Assembly: GCA_017499595.2 (NCBI GenBank)
Contig: CM039010.1
Span: 1,178,001 to 1,242,000, forward strand
Origin: Psilocybe cubensis
Taxonomy: Eukaryota
Direction of reading: 5' to 3'
DNA length: 64,000 bases
Positions 25,803-40,190 of the stretch are shown one piece after another. A program made the translations under genes and the position numbers. The notes under the pieces were generated by a model that was not told where the DNA came from, made no database searches, and was given only the letters and a program-made list of their open reading frames with translations. Position 1 is the first letter of the stretch; each line of letters starts with the position of its first letter.

Positions 25803-26116
25803 TATGAGATGGACGATGTCACATCCCTTTCCGCTGTTGTGCAGATCAAAGGAAAAGGCTTGCCGCGCCACAAGGCAACCATTCGGGGTAATATTCCCCT
25901 TCAAGTCGGGCACACCAACAAACAAAAGAGTAAATGAAAGGGATGATAGTAGTACAAATAGCTTTATAGAATAATGTTCGTGAAATGATTAAGAAAATCC
26001 GTGCTCAGAAGCGAATTTCGATCAACGAAGGGTCGATCTGTATTACAATTACTTGATCTACCGAGGAAAAGAGAGTAGTACAAAGGGAGGCAGCAAAAAA
26101 AAAAGAACAAAAACAT

Positions 26117-28397
26117 CTATGACGCTTGCTGTACGCCTAGAGGAGGTTTGTGAACCTTTGAAAGCGGACTGGGTTCAGATGACCTGATAGCGGTGATCGT
26201 CACACCGTTGTTGATATGACTGATGGGGATCGCAGGGGGTTTGCGACGTTTCGGAGGTGCAGGGGGTGGAGGTCGTCGACGCGGCTGAACCAAGACGGGA
26301 ATACCTTCACTCGTTACCAGTGGCACAGTTGGCACAGGCGGGGCAGAAAGGTGATGAGAACGCGAAGGCGATTGAGGCGGCGACTGAGCACTGTATGGAT
26401 GCTTCTGATAATCAGGATCCAGGGAATTGTGTCGAGATGGATGATGAGCAGCATCCGGCGCTGTACTTGTGCTTCTTTTCTTGGTGTGTGTTGCGGCCGT
26501 AGCCTTAGCAGAAGCCATGGCACCGGGAAGACTCTGCACACTGGCATTGCTGGGTCGGCGTACTTGGTCAAGTGGCGAACGTAAAGGTTGTTTCGGCTGG
26601 TCGAGACGCCCAGATAAGTTCTCCACGCTTTTGCTGTATTTCATTGACATCATGACCTTAGCTGAACCCGATGAATCACTATGACGCTGAGAAACCGCCA
26701 TCGAGATATTTCCCATGTAGCCAGGGGGACTCATCAAAGTAGAGCCCTCGCTTTGAGGGCTTCCAGCACGATCGTCATTATCAGAAGCTTTTCGTGACTC
26801 TCTGAGTGATGTGCACCACGGTCCAGAGAGGCATCGTTCTACAAGACGCTTGGTTGTCGGCGAAACTTCACGCATCCTGGAATTGACGATCATGGATTCG
26901 AGCGTTACAAGAATCTGCGGTCGCTTGTATTCCACTTCGCGCAGCTGCGTCTTCGTCAACAAGGGATGGAGTACACGAAGATATGTGTGCCGAAGCTTGT
27001 TACGATTTCAGTCAGTTTAACGTTTCAGGTCTGCAGTATGAGAAAACTCACCGATTCATCTTCCTCATCCAAATCAGCAAGTTCTCTCAGAAAGACATCG
27101 ACCAGAACACATAAGTCGTTAGTGTAAAAGAACTCTGCCGTTCCCTTGGATGAAAATAAGACGTATAGAATCTTCAAAATCAACAACTTGACGCAGAAGT
27201 CTTCTGGTGTGTGTTCTGTGGGATTGTCTTCAATAAAATCCCAAAAAGAATAAATGAAAATCCCACTGACTCGTTCGATTCAACATGAAGATCAAATTTT
27301 CACCAAAGGTTTTGCAGGATCCTAATCTCCGCATCATAACACGTATAACGCGATTCTTAGGCTCCTGGGCATCCCGCTTATCTCCTATAGGGGATCCATC
27401 GTTCCCCAGTCCTGCTACCATGAACTGTTCATTCAAAGCGATCTATTCATCGTGAGACAGCAAGAACAGGTAGAAAAGGCAGAAAATACTCACGATTAGC
27501 CTAATGACGGAATAGTTGAAAGTATCATCGTGCATGTATTTCGTTTGTTCGACGAGGTCAAACAAATGATCAATGAAGAATTCGTCGAATATTTCTGAGT
27601 AGGATGTCAGGTCTCATATATACTTTTCCCAGGAGCATAACACTCACTTAAATCTTGGGCTGACAGAGTCTGTACTCTGCATACCTCGTACAGCAGCTTC
27701 ACACATAGACTCCTAAGCTTCGCCTCAATAGGGATGGGTACAGCAGAAAAGCTTGAACTTTTCCCGACAGCGGTGCCCACATAAGTGTCGTCGATGTCGG
27801 GGTCAACTTCCACAAGAACGTGATCCATCAGAAGAGGCAACAGGGGCTGCCAACGCTTGTGAGACCGGAAGAAGTCCGATCTGTGGTGGCCATAGTAAAA
27901 TAGGATAGAATAATAGATGAATGCTGAGTGTGGGTCCGTGATCTGATATTAATGGTAAGAGTCTGATCCCCTGTTAAAAGCCTATTAGGACACAGCCTTA
28001 CCGTTCGTGCGTCGTCGACGATGATATCCAACATCCGTTCAGAGTGGAATTCGAATAGCTCTGAGCCCGCCAGCATGCCGCACGCATGCTCGAGCTGCAA
28101 AGGACTCTGTAGGTATTGTTCTGCATAATGACATCAATACAACTGCCCCCTAAAACCAGACCAAAGATAACACGTGCCATGGTAGGTAGCGCATAGGGCC
28201 ATGAATCGTCGTAGTGTCGTATCTAGCATTGAAAGCGTCGGGGGTTCATCTTCCGCAAGTTGTAACGTGTCATCGAGCTCTGCAACCCACCGTCAGTGTG
28301 GTGAGATTAGACAAGTTCCGGAATACACACCAGACCAAAACTGTTGAGCAGACTCTATCAGGTAGACGATGCCCAGATCGTCCTCCATTGTCCTCAT
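26117..28397 (-). CDS. LDB17: Ldb17/Dip1/SPIN90-family Arp2/3 activator (DUF2013)
   Basis: QQFWS|ELDD N-terminus, KTFGENLIFMLNR, FYTNDLCVLVDVFLREL, LRHTYLRVLHPLLTKTQL and a Pro-rich C-terminus (RRRPPPPAPPKRR). Confidence 0.88.
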
Positions 28398-28849
28398 GGT
28401 AGCCTTGTAAGAGTCTGTGTGGGCTATATGCGACATGGTCCCATGAGAGAGTGTGGTTGAGCGCGGGAAGCTGACCGCCGCCGTTGTCGATGTGGAGACA
28501 GACAGAGATGGCTGGCTTAGCAGATTTGCGTGATCTGGCCTTAAATTGGAAATCTGTCAAACGCAGAATGAAATTCCCACTAAATTCCGTAATTTATTCT
28601 GCAGATAGACAACTCGTTATTCGAATGAATACACGGTCGTGAAATTATTCGGCTTACAGTTAGGAGGAACGAGGTGTCTCCTCCATCGCAATGAGTTGAA
28701 GGAAGACCCGCATTTCAAAAATTACCTTGCCACCCCGAGAGGCACCGCCAAATAGGACCAAGCAAATTACACAATTGTGGAAAATTAAAAGACGATCGGG
28801 TTTCCAAAAACTACAATTGACAACATGTAACGACGATGGTCCTCTAAGA

Positions 28850-30025
28850 CTAGAGATCATTGACAACGCTTTCAACTAGTTTCATAAGAACGCCCGCTTT
28901 CTCTTTTCCAATGGCCAGCACTTCTTCGTGGGAGACTGTCTCCGCCTCAGGGAGCTCAACCTTCTTACCTGCAAGCTGTAAAGATATTAATCAACCTCCT
29001 CCTTCTCTCTATTGTTAGAAAGACGGACCTCGGCCTTGACTTCTTCCTTGATGCTTCTGTAGGTTTCCGGAATGACAACAAAGTTGGTCACCAGACTTAG
29101 GACCATTACATTGAGGCCCTCTTCTCGCGCAGCGAGGACTTCAGGGACAGTACTCATGCCCACAACATCCGCACCCACGCGTCGAAGGAAACGACCTTCA
29201 GCTGGTGATTCGTACGTGGGTCCACTCACCCAGGCATATGTACCTTCCGCAAGAGCGGAATCTTCCAGCTGCAGGCGGTGAGCCGCAAGGAATAGGAGCC
29301 TTCGAAGAACCGGGGAATAGGCATCTGAGAGGGGTAAGAAGCGAGGAAGCTCTGGGTCTGTGTGTGGACCAAGAAGAGGGTTCATTCCGGTGAGGTTGGG
29401 GAGTGCTAGGTGATCCTGGACCACAACGACTATGAATAAATTGTCAGCATCAACGGCAGACAATCGAATGGGTATGATTTACTGGTGCCAACGGGAATGG
29501 CTGGGTTCAGTGATCCTGCAGCATTGGTAACTGCAAAACTTGTCAAAATGAGTCTTATACACCAAAAACGAAACTTACTGATGAGATCCTTAACGCCCAT
29601 TTTGGCCATAACGCGAATCGGATACACGACGGAGGACAAGTGGTGACCTTCGTATGGGTGGAACTATGAACCAACCTTAACTGAGATCAAGCTTGGAGAT
29701 AGAAAACACTTACCCTTCCCAGCATGGCCACCACAGGAACCCCTCCCTCACCTAAAAGCCCAAACGCGAGGAAGCTCTTGTGGCCTTGCACTTCAATAAC
29801 AAATGTCAGCTTATGACAACGCGCATATATAAACAACCCACCAGTGCTCTTCGAGAAGCCTGGGATGTTTTCATATGGGACTAGCTTAGTATCTCTGAAA
29901 ATATCGACGATGCCGCTGAGACCAGATCCACAGACGATTCCAACACGTGGTTTCTGTAGGTTTTCAGGAAGTGCTGCCTTGATAGCGTCTATTGACGCTT
30001 GGAAAGAAACGGATGTATGAACCAT
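28850..30025 (-). CDS. PNP1: Purine nucleoside phosphorylase (trimeric PNP type)
   Basis: GIVCGSGLSG, GR|FHPYEGH, TNAAGSLN, GPTYESPAE, GADVVGMSTVPEV, LSLVTN, SHEEVL. Confidence 0.95.
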
Positions 30026-31310
30026 GATAAATAGCGGTGTGTAAGAGCGAGATGTTATATGTTTAGATATACAACGAGCGACGGATCTCGCGGTGGTTTA
30101 TGCAAGAGATAAAGAGCCAACATGTTGGTTAGATTAAGAGTTGCGAATGACCTCCGTATTGCCCCCGTATCTGATAAGCATGATCTCGGCTTGATCTCGG
30201 CTGTCCTGACATTATTAGCTGAGGACTATTTTACAGAGTATTATGTTCTCGACCTTGATAACAAGCGACTCCAATACCCATTCAAAACATGATATGCGAG
30301 GATTAGTGTCTACCTTGCGAAATTTCTTTTTCTTGGTTTTGGGGAATTGAAAAGGAATTCGAAGAGGCCCATCTGGCCTTGTGTTGACCTGGTGACGTCT
30401 GTGATCCGCCGGCTTTCACGGCACTTTCCGAATGATGTCCAATCTCCGTTTGAACTTGGTTGAGCAACTTGTTTCTGACCCCACCAAAACATAACGCAAA
30501 CCGGCGTTCATATACCCATTTACATAAATTTCTGCGTGAGTACGCATGCTGTTGCATCATTACTCAATGCCTTTGCTCACAGATCTACAACCAATGGGAT
30601 AACAGCACCCTTGTGACTGCCTTGTACCTGTTCGCACTTTGGCTGTCCAGTATAGGCTCAAAGCGACACTTCTTAAACGTTTTCCCTGAGCGCTGGTATG
30701 CCAAGTCTAGCTTTATTTTGGAATGATCAGGATACAAGACACATGTCAGCAGTAAGATTAACATTCACACATTCGACTTGTCTTGTGAAAAATAGATTCT
30801 TGTCGACGTCGTGGATGCAGTCCTTGTGCTTGGCATAGTAAAGCGCGAGGTTCACGTATTACTCTAAGTTCCTGGCTCATGCGTGCACTATCCTCTACGG
30901 AGATTGCATGGACTTTGCGATTTCTGTTTGAAAAAATGTCACGGTTGACATTTTCGTATTACTGTATCTGATGAGTCTCCAGGGGAGAATTGCCGTGTGG
31001 AATGGCGAAAACTCCTATGATAGATGTACATGTTGGAGTTGTCAGCGGTCAATGCACGGAGTGACTAACCGAGCAAGTGCTATACTATAAAATAACATTT
31101 ATTTCAGTAGCCTAAAGGAAAGCGACAACAAAGGATTGTAAAAGTTTAGCTCGGATCCAGTCACAGTAAATTTGAAGTAGGCCATGAGGGGTAAAAGTCC
31201 AGATAGTAGAATGAGTAATATGCTGTAAAGATATTCCAATGAAACCGCCAAATACAATTTTTGTCCATCCAGTGCCAACAAAGTCCGCGATCTCCTGGGT
31301 GTCGCCCATT

Positions 31311-33230
31311 CTATAGTAGCAAGCCAATAACCAGCCCAGCGAGAGACAAAACCCCACCAAGAACAGAAGGAACGCTGAGTGCATTTGCTGCAGATTTTCC
31401 TGAATTATCCGAATTAGTCCCATCCTTACCTCCTGCGTCAGACCCACCCTTCGCTGTGCCTGTGGGAGCTGATGAGCTAACGACAGGAGTGGTAGTGAAA
31501 ATTCCAGCTATATCATTGTATCCGTTAGATCGCTATGTAAAGAGAGAACAATGCATCATTAAAAAAGTACTGACCTGATACAGCTGCCGACAGCGGTGGA
31601 GGATTGGTGTTGTTAAGGTTGGTCTCGATGTATGCATCAGCCATAGTCTTTCCTAGGCAAGAGATGACAGGCTTGATGCTGAAAGCAGGCTTGCGGTTAA
31701 GGGCGTCCGGAAGGATATAACCTGTGGCAACCTCCACAGTTTGTTCAAACAGATCATGCTCGAGAACGATGAAGCCGTGGTTCATAGTATTGGCATTGGC
31801 CACAATATCTTCCCAGTTCTGCAGAACCTGTTGAACGGAAGTTCCTCCGCCGGCAATGAAGAAATCTGAACACGGGTTGGATGTGAACGTTAGACATTAC
31901 TAGCACAAATGTGTGGACCTACCGCCGGTGTCAAAAGCAGACACGGCGCTGACACGGGTCCACATGATGGGAGTGAGGCCCATTGCCAACGAAATGGCTC
32001 GGACACGGTCACTGGAAAGGGTATCAAAGCATGTCAAATTAGCACTATTCTTAGAACAAAGTTCATTCACGCACTCAATGTCACCATAAGGTGGGCGCAT
32101 CGTATTGGGAGTGACACCCAGAACATCTTTGATGATCTTCTTGGACCATCCCAGCTCTGCAATAACCTGCTCGTTTGTCAAGCTGGTAAGGGGAGCAGCG
32201 TGACTCCAGGTGTGGACCGAGATTTGATGCTGTCCCATGTACTGGCTCTGAAGCATGATCGGGTGTTGGAAGACGCGGGAACCAACGACGAAGAATGTAG
32301 CCTTCAGTTTTTGTTCGTCCAAATAGTTGATCAAGTTCGGGGTGTATGGCGCGGGTCCATCATCATACGTCAACCCCCAGTCCATAGGTGTAGGGCATTG
32401 GGTAATGTCGCTCGTGCGATTGCATCCACCACACGACCACCAGCACCGAGAAGTATCAGCTGCAGCAGCCGCGTTCACACCTCCGCATCCAGCACCTGTA
32501 ACAGGGCACACCGAAATCAATAAATTTATTAAATCATGATAAAGGATAGGGCTAACTTGGATCGGTAGGAGCGAAGTCTGGAATAACGACACCTGAATTT
32601 TTGACATCTTGAATCCACTGTAGAACCTCTGGAGAATCTGTTGGAGGTACATGGTCCACGGGCGGATAGCTATCAGCAGGAAGGGGTAGCGCCGTAACTG
32701 TACAACATAGCATCAAAGTGTTAGAATGACATGACAGATCCACACTGGAATGATTAGTTATACGTACGACTCGGCAGAGGAGGTGCGCCTGGCAAAAACG
32801 TTGGGGTCGATCCGAAAGCTGCAGTAGACGTGTAGATGATCTGGGCAACACTGGATTGTGCCGAATTAATCTCAGACAAGGGTACAGCTGTCGGGTTTGT
32901 AGCCGCAAGGGTGAAGCTTAGAGTGGGTGTTGCTGAGACAGAGGTGGAAGTGGAGGCGGGTACTCCGGTGGCGATGCTTGATGGGGAGGTTGATGCCCCA
33001 GTGGGGGGCGGAGGAGGTGGAGGAGGAGGTGGTGGTGGTGGTGGAGGAGGAGGAGATGCCGGCGCACTAGTTGCAACAGGACTTCCAGATGCAGCAGGTG
33101 GTACAGACGATCCAGACGATGCGGAAGCACGGGCGTTTAGAATAGCATTATGGCGAGCATTAAGATTATCAATATGAGCAAAGGCAAGTACAGGGAAGAA
33201 GGTGAAGAAAATCGGTCTGGAGACCCTCAT
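31311..33230 (-). CDS. Chitin deacetylase (CE4), secreted, GPI-type C-terminus, paralog 1
   Basis: Signal peptide, 17-Pro tract, CWWSCGGC, WGLTYDDGP, HTWSH, RPPYGD, GFIVLEHDL and a hydrophobic C-terminal GPI-like tail. Confidence 0.94.
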
Positions 33231-34308
33231 GGCCGGAAAAAGACGCAACAATCAAAGGGAGAATTTCTCCCAACATCTCTTTTCTACTTTTTATCGGGAA
33301 CATGGTAGTTAAAAATATCTTTGTTGAACGGCCGCTCAGGCCGACGATAATCTCACAGCAACCGGTGTGCTATTAATAGATAATCCATCTCACAAAGGGG
33401 TATCTTGGCCGGAGCTGCAAGCAGGACTTATCAGAATCTGCAGAAATGGGAGTCACAGTTGCCTATACAGATAAGTTATGAACGAAAGACGACAAAATTA
33501 TGGACGATTTCTTACTTGCGAGGACGGTTGCACATGAAATCTTCCCCGCTGTTCACGGTGGTTCCGGACGGTACACGCCAAACTGACAGATCGATCACCC
33601 CTGGATCAGCACGGAACACGAAAAGCTGACTAGAGTCACTCGGCAAGAAGGGGCGCTTTTAGCGCTCTGGTGGTCACGGTTGATTCTGGTGCCGTCAGAT
33701 GATTAAAGCGATATTGAATGGTTAAATGTGTTGAACATGGGCGCTTGACCATTGAGTATATTAATATGTATTAATACATTGCGTAAAACTGAGAACATAC
33801 CAAATACAGCAGTTCTCTATTCACGGCTTGTCTAGATGTTTAGCGCTCTTGCTGTCGCGAATTTGAGTAAAGGAAGCGCGCGTGCCTATAATTAGACGTC
33901 ATGCCCTCAGGCTGGGCGTTTATCAACCTACAGCATCTTCTATTTTGAGTTGTAGGGCCTTGGAGTCTTCCTCTTGCTTTATATTTCATCCCTGGACAAA
34001 TACGCGTGGAACGCTTTACATGATTGTACGAAAGGAGGTATTTGTGCAGAGTCATAAAGACCCAAAGTTGTTATGGATTCGTATTATGATTAGGTGACTG
34101 AGCACAGTAGTAAGATGGTATATGCGTATACTCATTATTAAACAATCGAGTAAGTAAATGCACAGCATCGTATACATGTAAAGACAGCAAATCCAAAAAA
34201 GGAACGACGACCGTTGTTTCTATACAGAGTTTCTTATGTAGAAGGTGAAATTGTCCATGGTTTATCGTAAGAGTTATTATCCGTGCTATCAAATGTCCAT
34301 CAAGTAAC

Positions 34309-35928
34309 CTAGGGCATGGCCAAGAGACCACCAAGCATAAGACCGGCAAGTGAAAGGATACCGCCTGCAGCAGACTGTGCGGAGACAGCAGGAGAAGTAT
34401 CCTTAGGTTTGCCACTGACTTTAACAACACCAGCTAAAATGACCGACTCGCAATCAGAACATGCGCATACAGAGCTTAAGAAAGTACTAACCATCAACGG
34501 CTTGTTTGAAGACAGGAGGATTGGTAGCGTTGTTATTTGTCTCAACGTACGCATCTGACATGGTTCTTGCCAAGCAGTTGACAACAGGTTGAATCTTGAA
34601 GGCGGGTTGATGGGCAAGGGCATCAGGCAGAATGTAACCAGTAGCAACTTCAACGGTTTGCTGCCAGATATCATGCTCAAGAGCGATGAAACCGGTATCA
34701 ATAGTGTTGGCTTTGTCGAGGACAGACTTCCAGCCGCTCAAGGCTTGATCCACGGTCACAGTGCCCGAGTGGATATCAAAATCTACAATTTTTTTGCTAA
34801 CATAAGCATCGAGTATAGCATCCGAAGTTACTGAGCATACCGTTGGTGTTGAAAGCCGAGTTGGGCCCCAAACGAGTCCACATCACAGGAGTGAGACCCA
34901 TAGCCAACGAAATCGCACGGACACGATCACTGAACATAATAAGTAACAGCTCAGCGAATTGTAGCAAAAACTCACTCAATGTCTCCGTATGGGGGACGCA
35001 TCATATTAGGAGTAACGCCGAGAACATCCTTGATGATTTTCTTCGACCACCCAAGCTCCGCAATGATTTGTTCGTTTGTGAGAGTCGTCAAAGCATAGTG
35101 ACTCCACGTGTGAATAGCGATTTGGTGTTGTCCCATGTACTGACTCTGGAGGGTCTGCCAGTTGTAGAAAACGCGAGAGCCGACGACGAAGAAAGTGGCC
35201 TTGATCTGCTTCTCGTCCAAGTATTCCATCAAGTTGGGCGTATATGGAGCAGGTCCATCATCGAAAGTCAAACCCCAGTCGAGCTTGGTGGGGCAGTCAG
35301 CAATGTCGCTAGCTCGTGTGCATCCACCACACGTCCACCAGCAGCGCGCAGTGCTGTTGGCAGCCGCGGCAGCGTTCTCCGGAGCAGTGCATATCGGGCC
35401 CGTTGCAGGAGCTAAATTATTATAACAGGTGAAAATGACGAATTGACAAAAATAAAACGCGAATCGTACGAACCAGCAACATTGAGAGACAAGTCAGGGA
35501 TAACAACACCGGTGTCCTTGACCTCCTGAATCCACCTCTTCACCTCAGGGGAGTCCGTAGGAGCTGGCTTGTCGGGGTCTGGATAGTCAGCAGCTCTAAG
35601 CGCGGTTACTATGGGAAAGGCGGATGAGTTAGGTCGTGTAACGCCTGATACTTTAAAAATGCGTACTAGCTGGCAGAGGTGGAGCCCCTGAAATGAAGGT
35701 GGGAACTGAACCTGCAACTGCTGTGGAGTGAAGAGCTTTCGTGGCTGAACTAGGCTGAAGGGAGTTGATAGCTGATAGGGGAACCGCTGTGGGGTTGGTG
35801 GCCGCGAGACTGAAAGTGTAACTGGTTGTCGAGCCTGAGGGATTTTGACGAGCATGGTGCTGGCGACCACCATGGGCGACGACCGCGGCAGGCAAGGCAG
35901 CGAGAAGGGCTTGCCTAGAGAACCTCAT
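34309..35928 (-). CDS. Chitin deacetylase (CE4), secreted, GPI-type C-terminus, paralog 2
   Basis: MRFSRQALLAALPAAVVAH signal, CWWTCGGC, WGLTFDDGP, HTWSH, RPPYGD, GFIALEHDI and a hydrophobic tail. Confidence 0.94.
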
Positions 35929-38900
35929 AATTGGAAAAGATGGTGAAAGAAGAAATGAAAGGGCGCCAAACTTGTTATAAGGTAACGTATAGTCCTAGGG
36001 TCCAAAAAAAAAACAACCGACAACTAACCGTTTACGACCCGTCATGGCCGGGCCATCAAAGTAAACCACATTGCACAAAAAGTCTTTTTGGTTGGCCTTG
36101 GCACCAAGTATACATCCATATACGGTTGTGCCAGTCTCCCGGCGGCCACCTGCACCACTCTTTCACCAACAAAAAAAATGCAAAGCAGAATTTGGGGTAC
36201 ATAGTTGAGGAGATTTTGAACGTTTTGAGTAGGTGCTACCCAGTTCAAAGCTTCACGACGGATGTCCAAATTTTCGGTTTAGAGATATAGTATGATCATG
36301 ATCGGCGAGTGTGTATGGCTCGGCATTTAGCGCTTGAAACTTGGGCCCTCCTATAAGCAATAATGGTTGTGTATTATTTCAGTAATCTGCAGGTGGTTAT
36401 CAGCCCATTCACCTGCTACTTGTATACCTTCACAGATATTCGAGCCTATTTCCATGGTCCCGCAAAGTCGATGCAGTCATCAATACATCCCCAACTTTCA
36501 CCAAGTTCGACGTTCAATACTCTCCGGTAGTGATCCGGTGCGGCCCGAAAGAATAGATCCGGCGACAGCGACGGAGGATGCCGTTAATGCCGCGTCAATT
36601 TGTCTTGGAAGGGTCCTGACTCAACAGTCCCTGACAATCAAATGAAAATCAAAAAGTCACATCGTCAACGTAATATGATCTCTTGTCCAGCTTGGCACTC
36701 AACGGGCAAGTTTATCCAAGCTGTGCAAGCTGGAGAACGAACGCGAAATGGTCGAAATTGAAGTTTCTCTGGCTGAGAGGCAACGGTGGAGTGAAACATA
36801 ACAAGCCAAGGCAGAATTTAGATCACAAAAGAAACCAGAACCTAACCAGAGCACCAACAGAGAACGCCAGATGATGCATTCAATGCGGAGGGCAAAACTC
36901 AACACCGAATGACGTCCGAGACAGACATCTTCAGTGCGGCCGTGCGTTCATGTGGTCATGGAGCAACTGTGGCTGTTTCTTTTAAAGTAAAAAATATAGC
37001 CACTTCATCACTTTAAAACCACTGTAGAGGAAGCTCACATACGGCTTAGAAGTATTAACATTTTCGAACTTTATCCACCAACAAACGGAAAACCACCATG
37101 GCGCAACGGGATAGGCATGTTGAAAATTGGCTGGAAGTTGATTATTGAAAGTTGACAATGACTCCGGCGTATAAAACAAACTCACATCTGTTATGTATAT
37201 TCCCTTGCCAGCCTTATAACATAAATAAGTCCTTCAAACATGATCAACGCCTCCACCTTAGAAGTTGGAATCGTTGAACGGTTTGAAAGTTTCGAATTTC
37301 AAAGTCAGCAAACCTTGTTCATGTGACTGTGTTTGTTTGCCGCCTCATCATGCCGTAGGAAGAACACAACACTTTACCTCGACCTCCAACGGTTATAGAA
37401 CTGTTTTTGTTTATTTTCTTCACCGTTCTGAATTCGATAGGCATGGTGGACTAGAAGCAAGCAAAATTGGGTTAGTTGCCTCTGCACATTCCGGCCCTAC
37501 GTACCATGGTTGTGAATGCCACTTGGACTTCATCCATTTCGGATTTTCAACATGGGAAGCGATTCTTGTGGGAGACAGGCGAAACAATGAAACTTCCAGG
37601 TTTGCCCCTGCTGGCTGCATTCCTATTGGTTATCTTGGTTCAGTATGGCAATCTCGCTTCAACCAACCGACCAGCCGACCTTTTGGACTACCTTGACCTG
37701 TTGTCATATCCAAATGAACCTTGTTTGGTGAGACTGCCAGTGTTGCTTCTCCTTCTTTCATTCTCATCTCGCTCGGTCTTTTACTTGTTCTGTAAGGTGT
37801 AGACCTTCTTTCTGTCCCTGTGACTACAATCGTTACAACGAAACCATTGTGCTTCTGCAGCAGATTCGAGAGCTAGTCGGGAAGGAAATTCTCTATTTCG
37901 TTATTGTGACATCTCATCGCCGACAAGTTGGAAGGGTCGTCTTGGCAGCCCTCATGAGCAAGTTAACCGACATTTCGATGGGCAACCATGGTCTGGCTCA
38001 ATTCGTCACCCCATGACTCTTAAGGTTCATGCCGTCTACTCAGCATTACTGGACCGTGGAGTAGCAAATTGACAGCCCTCACAGCAGGGTCAAGCCACTC
38101 TATGGCAACATTTCTTTCGCTAGTTCCTTGCTCAGAGTTGTATTGACAGCACCTTATTTGCGGTATGATAACCGCCGACGAACTGAGGGCCAAACTATTG
38201 TCGTCTCTGCCAGAACTCATGATCTCCTGATCCTTTTCCAAATTCGTCTGTCCTATTGTTTTCGACTTCAAAATTATAGGCCTCGCGACTATTCTTTGCA
38301 CACACGTCTATCTTTTGCAAGGTCTCAGGTACTTCATGTACGTACAAAACAGTCAACTTGGAGAACGAAGTTGAGCTCTCTTCGATCGCCCCGAAAAAGC
38401 AGATAGCAGATAGAAAACGTGTGTGAGGGATATCAGAGTGATTTCTAAGCCTTCCTTGGTCGAATCTGTGAGTAAACTTCCCTTGTTATCTCTCAGTTTG
38501 GAATAAAAATCATCGCATTCTTGGTTCCATTTTTGCCATGATGCATGGCTTCTCAGTCGTTCTCAGTAGGAACCTTGCCGATTCCATGCCTCGGGGACAA
38601 AGTGTCTCATGTTCTCGATCTAGTTATCAACCCACGAATTGGACGGTGACCTTTCCTTGTTTGTCTGATAGGTCGTCGTGACATTTCGAATCCATCAGAG
38701 TTCCAGAAGTTTGGCCATCTTGCAGCAACAGCTGGGGGATCAACAATGTTCTGTTCAGGCTGCCATACATACCTATCGCAATCGCTGAATAGCCTTTCTC
38801 GGTGTGGGAGCTAAATTGAGAACACATTTTCAGGGGTATATGCAATCACCCATCATACGCTTTGTGACTAGGTAAAGGATGCCATCGATCTATGATTTGA

Positions 38901-40190
38901 CAGGTTATGTATTTCTCTTGCGTATCCTACCTACATGGGAATACCCACAAGGAAAATAACCAGGAGAGAAAAACGAGTACGTGATGTATTTAAAAATACG
39001 TCAACATATCCCAGAGCATGCACTTGAGACGCTGCACAGACCCCGCGTTAAACGTCATTGATTCATTGATCATCGATTCCAACCACCACCACACTCCCGG
39101 CCGTGTGTGCCTTCAAGGCTTTCAATGATGTGGCTGGTTAGCGAGAAAAAAACAGACTCGCTTATTTCATTAGCTCATGTGTTCAGGCCTTCAAAAGCCT
39201 GTCGGAATACATAACAAACAAATCAAACGTCCCACCCTCCGTCATTTCAAATACTACCCGCAGGTTGGGCTTCCGATTACAATCACTTTCTTACATAGCA
39301 GGCGTTGGATTCTCTCCGGAGTGGGCCATGCATATCCGAGGACGAAACACTGTTAAATTTTAATGGGTCGTTTCGTTCCGCATTTGCCCTAGAATCCCTG
39401 GAGCCTTCTGTCTGCCCAAAGCAACATAAATGGAATTTCTATCTCATCCTCCCCTCCCCGATCAGAATGAAGCCATTCTTTTTCTGAGCACCTTCTTTTT
39501 CCAGTCTAATACCCAAACATAGTTTTTTTCTCAACCCACTCTCACTCACGAGGGAACCCAAAAAAGAAACATATATCATAGCATATCATATCATGACACA
39601 TGAGGTAATGGGATGCAGAACGGAGAGGTTCCAGAATCTCAAGTCTCAAGATGGCCTCAATGCCGACATGGTGAGTTGTCAGATGGAGAGATACCTCTGT
39701 GAGAAAGACTTCGTCGATGGAGTAAAGGCCAATACAGTTTCAAAAAGACGGAGCTTAACAGGGACACAAAGGATTCTCTTGTGCCGAGACAGGGTAGTAT
39801 ATGTGAAATAGCGAAAAAGAAGGGTACTAAACTACTAAGGAGGTACGTTGGTAAGAGAGCCAAAGCATGCTCACGACATGGGATGGCCGGTTCAGAAAAA
39901 ATGCAAGTTTTTGTATTGTTTTTATTTCGGAAACCTGATAGTATTACCGGGTGAGAGTGCGTATTGGAGGTGATGCGATAACTTAAACTATGGAATACAT
40001 TAATAAATTTGCGGACAGCAAGGTGTAGATTGCGAATAACGATGTTGTGGGGTAGAAAGCAGTTGAAGCAAAAGAGCAAAAAAGTCCCTTGTGGGCACAG
40101 CGACAGTGTGGTGGTCCATGGGTCCATAGCGGCAATATCAACGAAAAAAAAAAGATTACAATGTTTAAGATTTTTTATGTCTTCCGAAGG

